Assembly (NCBI GenBank): GCA_036172245.1
Contig: JAYWIR010000036.1
Location: 62,001-126,000 of the forward strand
Source: Raillietiella orientalis
Taxonomy: Eukaryota
Direction of reading: 5' to 3'
DNA length: 64,000 nucleotides
Below are positions 12,031 through 24,300 of this stretch, in pieces (the stretch's first letter is position 1; each line of letters opens with the position of its first letter). The notes below the pieces were generated by a model. It was given only the letters and a program-made list of their open reading frames with translations. It searched no databases and had not been told where the DNA came from. The position numbers were made by a program, and so were the translations under genes.

Positions 12031-12999
12031 GCCTCTGCATGACCGGGAGAAATAAAGTGCCCCTCTCTTGGACGGCCCTGCTGGTGTCGTGGGTGAATCA
12101 GCTCTTCTTTTTTTTTTTCCGGTTCGCAGAGTACCTCAAGAGCCGTCGCGCGCCTGGCGGCGGCCCACGAAGCTCTTTGACACTGTTCCACGCTACCCGA
12201 GTGTACATGTGATTCTTCAAGATAGGGGTACCCGAGAGGGGGCCTCCTCTCACGTCTGGGGAAAGGATCCCCTAATGCAACCTCCATCTCTGGTTGTCTC
12301 CGGAGAGAATCTCCTCCCTTGCTCTCTCCGGACATGGAGCGTATCCCTTCGGGAGTCCGGTGCATGTTTTCTTCTCCTAAGGAACTCGGAAAGGATCCCC
12401 TATCAGGAATTTCTTCTCTGGAGGGACCCCCCGCAAGGGAACCGCTCCTGTTTACTCCTCTGCAGGGAACCCCGAAGGGACCCTTCCGAAATTCTCAGAT
12501 GGGCGCTTCCCGAAGGGAGCGGCACGCTTCTCTGAACTCCCGCGAGGAGGAGACACACCTACTCCACGGAAAGTCTCCCCCCCCCAAAGGGGGTCCTGCT
12601 CCTGTGGACAAACGGAGGGGAACTCCTACTCCTTGATTCCTGGAAGGACCCGGATGTCGACTTCCCATGCCCCGACCCGCATCGGGGGTATCCGGTTTTA
12701 AACGCTACCAGTGCCGCACCCGAATGAATGCAGGCCAACCAGCGTCATCTCGCGGGAGGAACTGGAACCCACGACGCGCACGAACTCTCGCCGTCGATTT
12801 TTGCCGAATATTGGAATCCCCCGGGACTCCTGGTGCCACACGCAGAGACCGTAACCACATCGCCTTCGATGCGGACTGATGAATCACTGTGGGTGACTCA
12901 GCTCTGCCCGACCACGGATTGGGACGGCCTGGCGCCCGCTGTGCCTCGGCACGTGCATCCGGGAACCGGGAGTGGCATCGACCTGCTAGCGGGTTCCCG

Positions 13000-14090
13000 T
13001 CTTCCGAAGAGCGTTGCTGCGATTCTCGAGGTGACATTCTTCGGCCAGTTGGGGAGCAGCAGCAGCAGCAGTGCATGATGGACACGGGCCGATGATGATG
13101 GTGGGGAGGGGGGAGGCAGAACCGTGCCATCGAGTCGGAAGCAGCAGGAACCTCCAGGCGGGGGCTGCCGAACCTCTGGCTTCCTCGAGGAAAAAGGGGA
13201 GCTCCACAGATTTCCCCAGAAAGCCTTGCAGATCCTGCCGCCGCGTGCGTCGAACAGCGAGCGCAAGCAGAGAACGCCAGAGGCAGCGACCGGGCAACGC
13301 TGAGCACCTGTGGTCATGTCTCCGGGAACACTAGTTCACAGGAAAGCTGTGGATGGCCACCGTCCCCATATCTGACTGGGCTAAATGACTTGGGAGGAGG
13401 ATAAGTCTGGGGAGGAAGAGAGCCCCTCCCGTCTTGCATCTCTTTCTCCTCTTTGCACTAGGACGCTTTCGGGATGGGAAAGGAGACATCCGAGAGCGGA
13501 CCCGAGGGTGAAGTCGGCAGTGGTGCTTCAAGGTGATGAAGGACGGACGTCATGTGTCCCTGTGAGCATCCATCCACAGGGCCGGAAGAGGAGAGGCGTT
13601 GATAGATACACGGGAAACATCACGGCGGAATGAGCTGCTCCCAGGGTAACGCGCTCACACCGGCGAACTCGTTCGTCCCTAAGCTCGGAGGTTCGGTGAA
13701 GCACCGAGATACTGATGAAGGACGAAACATGTCAGAGAAGGATCCTGTGTTCCGGAATGCTCAGAGGAAGCATCGGCTGGATCGTCTCCCGTACTGGAGC
13801 TGCCCCAAGGGCGAGCTAGAGAAGGACCCACCCCGCGGGGAAGCTCCCCCTCTCTCTTCCTTCCTTTTCTACTCCCCCTTCCCCCCGAGCCAGTATCAGG
13901 GAAGATCCGGACCGCCGGCAGCGGCGCCACCGCAGCTCTGGGAGGAGAGAGTCTCGGCGAGGCGCCTCCACCGCCACAGGAGGCGCGCAGCCGGGCAGGA
14001 GGCCGCCGCCTCCTCCGCCCCCGCTGGAGAGGCGGACGCCCTCACTCCCGGAGGTGGCAGGGACGCGTACGGCTTCATGCTCCCTTGCCC
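13000..14090 (+). mobile_element. 5' (ORF1-like) remnant of the same L1/Tx1-like family
   Basis: gccgaacctctgg (13167) vs gccgaatctctgg (reverse complement near 2470) and further collinear GC-rich blocks matching 2550->1400 on the minus strand. Confidence 0.4.
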
Positions 14091-14329
14091 CTAGGGAAGA
14101 GAAAAAGCTGGAGAAGAAGGCCACGAAGATGGTGGACGATCCCTCTGTCAATTCGCTTCTGCCTCGCTTTCCCTGCTCCCGCCTTGCTGTGAGCAGCGGC
14201 ATGTGGACGGAACGAAAGAGTCCGCACAGAAAGACGTCGTCTGAGGCGAACTTCAGGCGACAGCACTCCGGGGTTCCGATCGAGCACTCCACGGACCGAG
14301 GACGATGCTCCTCCTAGGAGGACCGGCCG

Positions 14330-14900
14330 CTCTGAGCTCGCCAGCGCCGGTGCGCGCGTGCGGTAGGGAACGCGCCGCGACTAGAAGGCAGTGGGAACTG
14401 CTGCGGCAACAGCGCTAGGAACTCTGGGGAACCCTTCGGGTGCGGAACGACTCTCTTGAGACTTTGCAGTGACTTTTGTTCTGGAAAAATCCTGCGTCCT
14501 TGAAAGGAGGTCTCTCCGCCCCATCCCTTTTTTGAGAGCGGCCCTCTCCATATGCGCTCTGACCGCATTAGTCGGCGCGGAGCTCCAGAAGTGGCTCGGA
14601 AAAGCCAGGGAACGGAAGGGAGTGCCTAGGGGGAGCGCTCGGAAAGACGTCTTCAGGAAAGACGAGCAGAAGAGCATCGCTATTTAGTCGGAATCTCTTC
14701 GGGATGAGAAAGGCCGCAGTTGATGGACCGACCTGTCGTCTGCCTGCACAGTGAGCAACCAGAGTCTCTGGGAAGGTCATCTCATTTGCAGGGGCCGCCC
14801 TTCCGCCTCAGAGACGAGACGTGATGTCGAGGAACCTAGTGAGGTCTTGGGAGGAACGAGTCCGGCAAGGTTTAAAAGTGGGAGGAAGGGCAATGGGAAG
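14330..14900 (-). mobile_element. Degenerate L1/Tx1-like ORF2 fragment (post-RT region)
   Basis: Minus translation HFWSSAPTNAVR / IWRGPLSKKGWGG...KSLQSLKR resembles the F-x-W...LP-x3-GGLG segment that follows the RT core in L1/Tx1 elements. Confidence 0.4.
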
Positions 14901-16618
14901 AGAAGGGAGTCCGTGCGCGGTAGATCGCTGCCACCCCGGTGGAATGGAAAAAGGGTGAGAGGGGTGGAAATAAGTCGAGAAACGAACAGATGGTGCTGAG
15001 GTCAGGGATGTCCGGGACGGTGAGCTTGGCGAATATGGAGACGAAGGAGATGAAGTTTCTGAGTGAACGTCCTGCTCGGTTCGTGTTCATTTCTCTTCGA
15101 GATCCAGACTCCAGGGAATGTGATGGACCGGCGTGATGGACTTACCTCTACCGGCGAGAGATGGAGACTAAAGCAGAAGTACCGAGAAGCAGCTGCCTCT
15201 CTCGGACCGGATTGGGCACGTTGGTTCCCGAGGATCAGCATTCCTCTTCCTTACTTTTCTAACCACTCTCGCTCAAGACCTCTTTCATTCTGACTAAAGA
15301 GGTTAACGGCCGTAAAGAAACTCGGAAAGGGTCTCGAAAGAAGACCGGGAGAAGGAGCGGGAGGAAGAAGTGCCTCCGTTTCACTGGACCGCCATTTGCA
15401 GCCGTTTGGGTTTTTTTCCCACGACCAACCTCTTCTGCATGCTGTCAGAATCCTGGATGCTCCCACTTCTTGTGCTACCGTCCCTGCAACACAACGGCGC
15501 ATCTTTCTGGACAAGAGAGAAGCTCCGAGCATCCTCAGCACGCACCTGCGTGCCGCCGCTTCCAGAAGTTTGAGTGTTGGGTGCTGATGCTGGAAGCGCG
15601 CCGTACGCTGCATCTTCGGCTGAGAGGATGGCAAGGAGGAAGGGAGTGTCCCCCACACAGAGAGAGAGAATTCCAGCGGAACGAAGCGAGAATAGAGAGG
15701 GCTTTTTGTTGTTGTTGTTTTCTTTCTTCCTCGTTTCCCAAATTTCTCGTGTAACTTCGAGGGCGACGTGAACGGAATGACCACAAGTGGCAATAGCTTA
15801 AGGACGAGAGACAAGGTGGCTCGTGTTTCAACGATTTTCGAAGGAAGAAGGGAACCTGGAAAGAGGCGACATGAGGTTGAACTCTTCCCCGCTCGAATGG
15901 CAGAAAAGTGGGTTTCGATGCGGGTCAAGGTTGCTCTCCGGTAGACAGGTCTTCACACAGAAGCACTTTCGAACAACCAACTGCATGCCTGTCCTCTCCT
16001 AATTGTGCTTATCTTCACTTCTACAAACATTCTCTCGGACAGATGCCTTCTTTGTACATGACTGCACAAAGTTCCTCATAAAGTTATGATGGAAAAGTCG
16101 CTCTGCGCCTCCGAAAGTTTGCTGGCTACATTTTGTTTCCTCTTCGTCTGTACGTGTTGTGCACCAACGCCACGGCGGCAAGCGTGATCGAACGACTCCG
16201 TCTGCCCCTGGCGTTGCTCCTCGCTGTCTTTTCGAATTTTGTTCCTTCACTTTTCCGGCTGATGACTCCGAAAGCCACTTTTTTCTTCTGAAGAGTCGGG
16301 GCGCTTCGAGCTGCACATGAGGATGAGACCCAAACGTGACAGAAACGAAAGTGCCTGAGACGAAGGCCAAGTTCAAGACTGGATCAGATGTCTGCGGCCT
16401 CAGATGAATAGAGGGAGATATGTGAACAGGCGTGTGCGCAGAAAGCTTATCCCGATGAACAGCTTGGTTACCAGAAGGAAAGTTTATGCACTTAGGACTT
16501 CCAGCAAATCGCTCATATAGATACCAACTTGGATTCAGGTTAAGGCACCGATATCTCCTCAGTAAGACTGCTCCTTTACATGGGCACACATCATTTATCT
16601 TCAAGATGATAGCGAGTC

Positions 16619-16808
16619 CTAGTCTAACATCAATTCTAAATTTTTCCCCCTTATTTGATAATCACATTACTGATGCCAATAATGTGCATATTGGGATTTA
16701 TTATAATCTCTTAGCACATGATGGAATATGTCCTTCTGTCCGTTGAAATAAAAATGCCGCATGCATCACATCGTGAATACAATTTTTCAGCAGTTCACTT
16801 CAGGTAAC
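16619..16808 (+). pseudogene. Decayed duplicate of the SHPRH-locus exon at 19918-20100
   Basis: FDNHITDANNVHIGIYYNLLAHDGICPS* / MHHIVNTIFQQFTSG vs LENYITDAKTVHIGIYYDLLAYDGLCPP / MQHIMNTIFPNLIAG; ctag acceptor and cag|gtaac donor retained; TGA at 16744-16746 and a frameshift. Confidence 0.85.
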
Positions 16809-18379
16809 TCTGATACGTATTTTATTTATTTTGAATTCACTATGGGTTTTAATGCTGCTTCAGTGTATAAGCGCAAATTCATAGAGAAATCATTTTTTAG
16901 CTATCATCAGTCTATTAAGTTGCAGCTGTATCTCCATTGCTTTGTTCCTCTATTAATTTTGGTTTCGTTTTACGTTTGTTCTTAGTCAGGAACTATTGAT
17001 AAACAGACCCTAATGGAGAGAAATTTGAGATGATTATTCCTCTTGATTATGTCATCCTTTTGTTTTAAATACAAGGCTCATCTTTCCAGTTTTGATACTG
17101 CACTTCGTTGCTTGGAAAAAAAATAAAGATGCATGGTACAGAAAAACAGGCTTCAGTATACATAAGTAAATAATGTAGATGACCATACGAATATTCTCGA
17201 TTAATAAAAGTCTGTTGGTTGCTCCAGCATGCTGTTTTAAGCACAGCAATCTGCATAGGTATATTCACAACTCAAGGAACATTTTGCAGGCTTTCTGTAA
17301 GTGACTATAATTGAAGAGAAAGACAGGAAGTATTCCCAGCATTTACTGCAGGAAAAGTTTCCTGTCTTCTTTGTCTTCAATTCACTAAATGCTGTAATAT
17401 TCAGCATTATCGCATAAATGAAGAAACTGTCCAAAATTCACTCTAAGATGAAATAGATCCAACTCCCTATTGTAATCATATTTGTGTTTTCAAGGAATTG
17501 CAACAAAAGACCACAATAAAATATCAATCATTGGAAGTCATAGGTAAGAAACAGCTTATGAAAGTTAGCGCTAAACTAAATCCAATATAAAAGAAAAGCG
17601 CTCACTTTCTGTTTTTAAATGTTTTCTTATATTCACAGGCAAAAGGCATCGCTATTTTGGAATTTCACTCCTGACTCCATGTGTTTTAATATTTACGACA
17701 CAATAGTTTTTAGAATACTCTTATGATCATATCGTATGCACAAAATGTTTCATGAATAAAAAAAATGTCTGTATAAATTTCCAAAATCGCAATTATTTGA
17801 CTTGCTTTCAAGTAAATTTCATAAATCCACAAAAAAAATTAGTATTAGCAGTCATCTGACATCTGTACTACCAAATTTAGTAAGCACACTACATGACTTT
17901 CGTGAAAACTAATGCGAGTTCTCCGTCATCCTATCTCTTTTCTATCTGATGAACAATCTTTCTCGTTGCAGATAAGAATAATTCTATTCCGTTATCTCAT
18001 CCAAAATATCAACAAGATTGTCGGATAGCCTTTCTATATCACAGGAAGATTTCCGAGAGAAAGAAATCTCCTCCCTAGAAGAGATAAAGTTTGAGTTTGG
18101 CAAGTGTGTCTTTGATGCGATCGGTCGCTCCCGAGTTTCGAATGGTCGTTGTCCCCTGTGGGTGCAATGTTGATTCGTCCGGCAGGAAATTAAAATACCT
18201 GTCTTCTGTTTGAAGAAATACTATGTAGCGAAGAAGAGGAAACCTTGATGGAGATTAGACGTAGAGTTGGTCTGACAGGGTGTGCAAAAAATGGAACTAA
18301 ACTAAAGCATGTGAGTAAATCTGGTTGTAAACATGTTTTTCATACAGTAATAATTTTAGAATCCAAAGAGGCTGTAAAA

Positions 18380-21300
18380 ATGAGGTGATCAAAAACTCAC
18401 TTCTCTCTTGATAAAGATAAGGGAAAAATGCGGTTGGTAAAAAGAAGTTTGGAGTGAGTACTGCCATTTATCAGTATTAATTATGTTGCGTTTTTAAGAA
18501 AATTGCATCATTTATGACTGTAAATACTAATGTTTTATTTTTCAGGATTGATGACTCTAATGGGAGTTCACTTTTGGCCAGCAAAATACGCAAACTGGAC
18601 ACAGAACTACGTAGTTCAGAGATAGATTTCAAAAACTTTTCCTTTACCATAGATCTTTATACAAATGCCGATTTGGAAGTGGAAGTTGAAAAATTAAGTG
18701 ATATTGGTATTTTGCTATCGGAAAAATTGGAACCTCATTCAGAATTCAGCAAACAAAGGCTTTATTGTAGTAAAAAATCTACAAGTGTAATATGTTTTGA
18801 ATGGACTTCCAATGCTGCAGCAAACGGAAATCCTTTGAAAACTCATGTGTATTCTCTCGATGAAACCCCTTTTGATTTTTTGTGGGGTAAGAGCAGTTAA
18901 TCTCTTTATGTAAACTGTTTTTCAAATAGTTTTTATTGCATTGGTGAGGTCTGTAATGTGATGGAATCAATGGATGGTTATGATTTTGGTTGGATGATTG
19001 CATAGTTCATTCTTTAATGTGGTGCTCCGTATTTATTTTATTCTGTGATGGTGATATAAAGTCCTGATGCACGTTAGGGAATCAAAATTTTCTCCCATAT
19101 TGAAATTTTTTATTTTTTTCTTTCATAACAGCATTAAGCAGGTGTGAGTCCATACTTGAGCAGCATATTAGTGACTTGCCCCAGTATTGGTTGAGCTGTT
19201 TGTGTGGTATTTCTTCTTGCTTTCTGATTCCATCTCATGATAGTAAAACTGGTTTGAAGATATAATTTCAGCTCATATCTTTTAGTTGGCTGATAAATCA
19301 AAGTTTCACTGTTGATGTGTATTTCAAAATATTGAGTAGTATCAATAAGTAACACCAGTAATAATAATCTTGAAGCTGATGTGATTTGTTGGATTTCCAA
19401 AATCATTATATAAATTTGAGAATATGACCATTTGCATAACCATTTTAAAACAATTCCTATATGATATCCATTTGAAAGATTGAAAGATGTGCAATGATAA
19501 TAACAAAAATTAAATACGTGTGTCAAGTTAAATATTAGTTTTCTGCTCACATGATTTTTGTTTACTTGATTATTTAATTTTTTACTAATTCGAGTTTTAA
19601 TTAATTGCTCTGTCATTGTATTTGCACACACCTAAGATTGAATGTGCAATTTAGCTGCCCATTTCTTTAGTTGGAAACTTACTTGCTAGCAATTTCAATA
19701 CATTTTAGAATATCAGGTACTAGATAGAACGCAATATATGATCAAGTTTTTTGTATGATACTTGTCAGTTGTTGAATGTTATACATAGATACAAAAAGAA
19801 AAACAAACATAGAAACACACACATAGAAAATACAAAAACAAAAACTTTGTGTTTCTTAGTCAAATGTTTTGTTTGTTCAGTGAACTGATAGTGTCCTGTT
19901 TTTCCCTCTCCTTCTAGCTATTAAGAGATCCAAAAATTTTTACCTGATGCTTGAAAATTACATCACTGATGCCAAGACTGTTCATATTGGGATTTATTAT
20001 GATCTCTTAGCATATGATGGATTATGTCCTCCTAATGACATTAAAAAAAACTGCCACATGCAGCACATTATGAATACCATTTTTCCAAATCTTATTGCAG
20101 GTAACACCTATTTGCATTTTAGTTGTTTTTAATTGTCTCTGTGTTTAATGTACTTACATCCAATGTGCTTCCTAACATGCTGATGCTGTCTCAGCATGCT
20201 TTTTTGATTCATTTGAGTAATTAGACATTCATGAAACATACCATTTATCCAGAAATTGCTGTTTGCATGCAATATTGTGGCTCAGTGCTGCTCTTTTGAA
20301 TTTGATGATAACAAAATGTTAACTGTTAATTCATAATGTCATTAAATAAGAAACCAAGAAAATTATTTCCTCTACTTAAAAACAAGTAACTTAAATGAAC
20401 CTAGTGAATGAAGGTTCCAATTTTGAATCCTTTTTACAACTCTATTCACATTTGAAATCTCTGTTACATAAATAACAGATCAAACTCGTGGAAATGAGAA
20501 ATTGCATGTAATGAAATAATAGCAAGCTGCTCTTGAAACTTTGAGTGCTAATAAAACCGTCAATCAAATATTCAAGCTGCTTTACAGATTCTTGCAATAG
20601 GAGCATAATGATACACAAGGTTAGTACTGTGAAGGTGAACATAATTGATCAAATTTTGTGGAAGCAGTGTGCAGAAATCTCAGCTTTACTCTTTCTAGAA
20701 CTGAATGCATAATTCTAGAAACTTTTATGTAATTATAGAAATTCTGATGTGTCTTGAGAAGGCACATAAGAATCAGTATTGTAACCAAAAACATGAAACT
20801 TAACAAAAAGGTCATAATGTGCCTTAACAGTTTGGTGACTGAAAAAACTCAATACTCTGTCAAGCTTGAATGAATTATGTCTTGCTTAAATGTTTTAATG
20901 CACATGAAGGAGGAAAAATTTAGAGCGTGGTGTTCTGTATAAGTAAGCAGTAATTTTATCAAATTAAGGTTTTGTCTCATTAGAGAAATACAGTAATATT
21001 TTTCCAAATACCAGATGGCTTATTAATAATTTGCATTCTAGAAGTGCCTTAAACATTTTTGATAGAAGACTAATTTCAAACACGAAAAAAAAAAAACAAA
21101 TGAATCCCAAAAATTGACGATTTACCCTCAGGGGATGCTGGACCACTCCATTCCAAATTATAACACATATCTTGAAAAATACGTGAAGTGCATTGATTTT
21201 AATAAAAACATGAGGAGCAGAGAGGATGTATGTCCAGCATACATCACCACTTAAAAACACGAACTGGCATGCTCCTTCATTAGAATAAATTTTTGCAGGA

Positions 21301-24300
21301 AGTGGAATATGATACAACCCATGATGAAAATTGGCGTATTTTTTGGCATACATTTGCTTTTCAACCTGTACCAATTTTCCACTGTTGTATAATAGAGTAG
21401 TGCCTTTATGTTGACATTTATTATCATTTCTTTAAATTGATTTCCAGCACTTAGTGAATGAAACGAAGAGCATTTCAAATCATTGTTATAGTTTCTAAAG
21501 TTCAGCACACGATATTTCGTTTTAGCAAATTTGCATAATGAGCTTTTGTCTGCGAATTTTTATTATACGTTATCCAAAATATTTCTAGATCAGACTTTTA
21601 CATATGAAAAAAAAGTAAGAATGGCCGAAATATATGAGATCCTAAAATCGAATGCATCAGCTCAAACATATTCTATTGATATGGATCCTCAGCATCCATC
21701 TCTTAAGCATACTTTGAGGCCTTATCAAGTACAAGCTGTAAAGTGGATGCTTTACAAAGAATTGACCAGCAGTTGCGAAGAAACAAATGGTATCCAGAGT
21801 TGTATTTTGTTAAAATTGTAAGTGTAGATCTAATGAACTATTTGTTTTTATAGGCAGCCTTCATGTGCTCTATGAGGAAATACAGGGTCTTAGTGGTAGA
21901 ACTTTGTATTACAATAAGTATAATGGCGTTCTTTTAAAGCAGAAACCATTGAGAAAACCTGTTTTACCTGGGGGCATTCTTGCAGAAGAAATGGGATTGG
22001 GGAAAACATTGGAAGTTCTTGCTGTTATTTTGAACCATCCTTGCCCACAGTATTCTCAAGTAAGATTTTCTTGATATAGCAGTCCTCATTTTACAACTGT
22101 TTTATTATTCTGATTACTTGATTATTCCAAAAGTTAATCACTTCTATAAGTGATGAAAGTAAAGCATTTCTTTTATCTGGAAGACATTTAGTGTTTGCAA
22201 GTTCTTTTTTGGTGTCTTGTGTTTGCATCAGAGATGATAAAAGGTGCATTGTTTTAATGGTCTATTCAGTAGTACTAGTTTGTTATACTAGTACTTTCAT
22301 TATTTTAACTGTATTGTATATCTGTCAATTTTCAAATCAGAGGTAATCACTCAAATGAATTCGCAAATGTAATTTCGAAATGCATTTCGAGAGTTTGTAA
22401 TCCACAGGAATAAAGGAGAATTTCGAAGTTTCGTCATTAAAACATGAATATACGTCATTTTTTTACCAGGCTTTTGCCTTGGTATAAAAAAAAAAAAAAA
22501 AAAAAAATTGGGGATGACATTGACCATTTGGAAAGAAAGTATGGATGTGCAGCCATTCAAGATCTGCATGCTTTCAGATACTAAGACTACACAGAAGTAG
22601 CATAAATCATGTTTGTAGTTCATGTGATGACGTGTGGGGAATGCAGAAAGGCAAACAAATATGCTAACTTTTGATTATCAGTTAGTTTGGGCGGGAATTT
22701 TGCAAGAATTTCAGGGATGAAGAACCCAAAGAAAAATCAGTTTTCTTACATTTCAGCATAGATGCTTTATCAGTAATTTGGTGGCTCCAATCATATGAGA
22801 AAGTGAAGTGTTGTTACAATAGTCTGCAAAGTATCAAATGCGTAAATTAGACCCAATTTTATAATTAACATTAGATGATGACCCAAGTGTACTGATTCAC
22901 AGGGATTTTCTTGGATCTTTCAAAAAGATTCAAATGTGGTAATACTTAAGGGTATTTTGAAAATTATTAGCACTTTTGTTGTCTCTGCATTAATGAGATT
23001 GTGCTATTATGCTTAGATAGTGTTTTTAGTATGTATTCGTTTTACTATGTTTGCAGCTGCTATGTGAATCTGAAAATCTAGAATTTTTTCCCAATAGTCT
23101 TTTGGATGGTTTCATTTGATCAGTTTTTAAATATTTCCAAAGTTGTTTATATCAGATTAAAAAACAAAGTTAGTTTGGTGAGCATGTATGAAGAACATGA
23201 GCATTGTAGAAGGAAAAGCTTTTGAGGTTGATAACCATGTTACTTTTGATAGGTATATTGCAGAATTTCATTACTTTTATGTGATCATGTTCATGCATTA
23301 ATTTGATTCAAATGATGCACTTTCAATTCATGTAAATGAAACTGATTATTCAAAAGTATAAACAGGAATGAAAATGAAGCAGCAAGCTCAACAGTTCAAA
23401 AATTTAGGATATTTAGAGTTGATGTACTTTTTTGTTACAAAGTACTCAGATTATTTTTGCAGTCTTTCATGTTGTAGCGTCTAACCGAAATTATGTTCAG
23501 GAAGATTGAATTTTAATGATTCATGGCTCCTTAAGCTCATGAAATAAATATATAAAAAATCATTAAGTGCTAGCCATAATAGTGATGTAAATCCCAAGTA
23601 CTAGGCAGAAACTAATGTTGGATATGAAGAAATTCCCCTAATTTTTTTTTCTCCCCCAGTTTGGTTGTCTATGTCAGCTGGCTGTAAGTATTATTTTTCA
23701 GTTTGCTCCAAGGAAGAAAGGTTAATAAGTTAGTTGAGTAATACTTATCAGTATTTATGGTTTGTGGTTTGTTTCAAAAGTTTTTGCATTAATAATTACA
23801 AGTTCATTGGTTGTTTTCTGTTTAGTTTGCATTTGCACAGATTAATTAGTGATGAACAGCAGGATATCCAAGGATTCAAGAAGTGATTCGAGAATTCAAG
23901 GATACAAATATACCTGAAGTTCACTTGACAGTAAATGCACGCTGTTGGAACCACCATGTAAGCATGGTGGTTCCTAGATATTGCTAGTTCCTATATATTC
24001 CTAGAATTCCTAGATATTTCCTATAAGTTTTTTTAGTAGTTAGAAAGTGTCTCCTCCATGTTTCTATATAAATGCTATCATTCAAATGCAATATGCTAGT
24101 TTAATTTATAATGCTTAAAATGTTCGAAAATTATGATCACGTAACTCTGGGAGAAGAATAGGGAAGCTGATGCAACATTATGTCCCTTTTAATGTGTTAT
24201 TTTAACCAAAAGAATAATATTTGTAGATTAATTCAATGTGCAACCATAAGAGAGAAGTACTCAGTGAAAGCAGCATTGCCTAAAGTTCATGAAGATTGTA

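Noticed and set aside
12225..12650. CRISPR-like reading of the hairpin array
   Set aside because: Units are not identical repeats, spacing is irregular, context is eukaryotic and there are no cas genes.
18248..18310. ATG-initiated exon MEIRRRVG...KH as SHPRH exon 1
   Set aside because: Ends in phase 0 whereas the 18546 acceptor needs phase 2; more likely a 5' UTR exon with a uORF.
22375..22390. 16-bp perfect palindrome tcgaaatgcatttcga
   Set aside because: Isolated, intronic, no flanking TIR or TSD structure seen.
23841..23930. Extra SHPRH exon or C/D snoRNA (GTGATGA...CTGA)
   Set aside because: Stop in the required phase; no terminal stem or recognisable rRNA guide.
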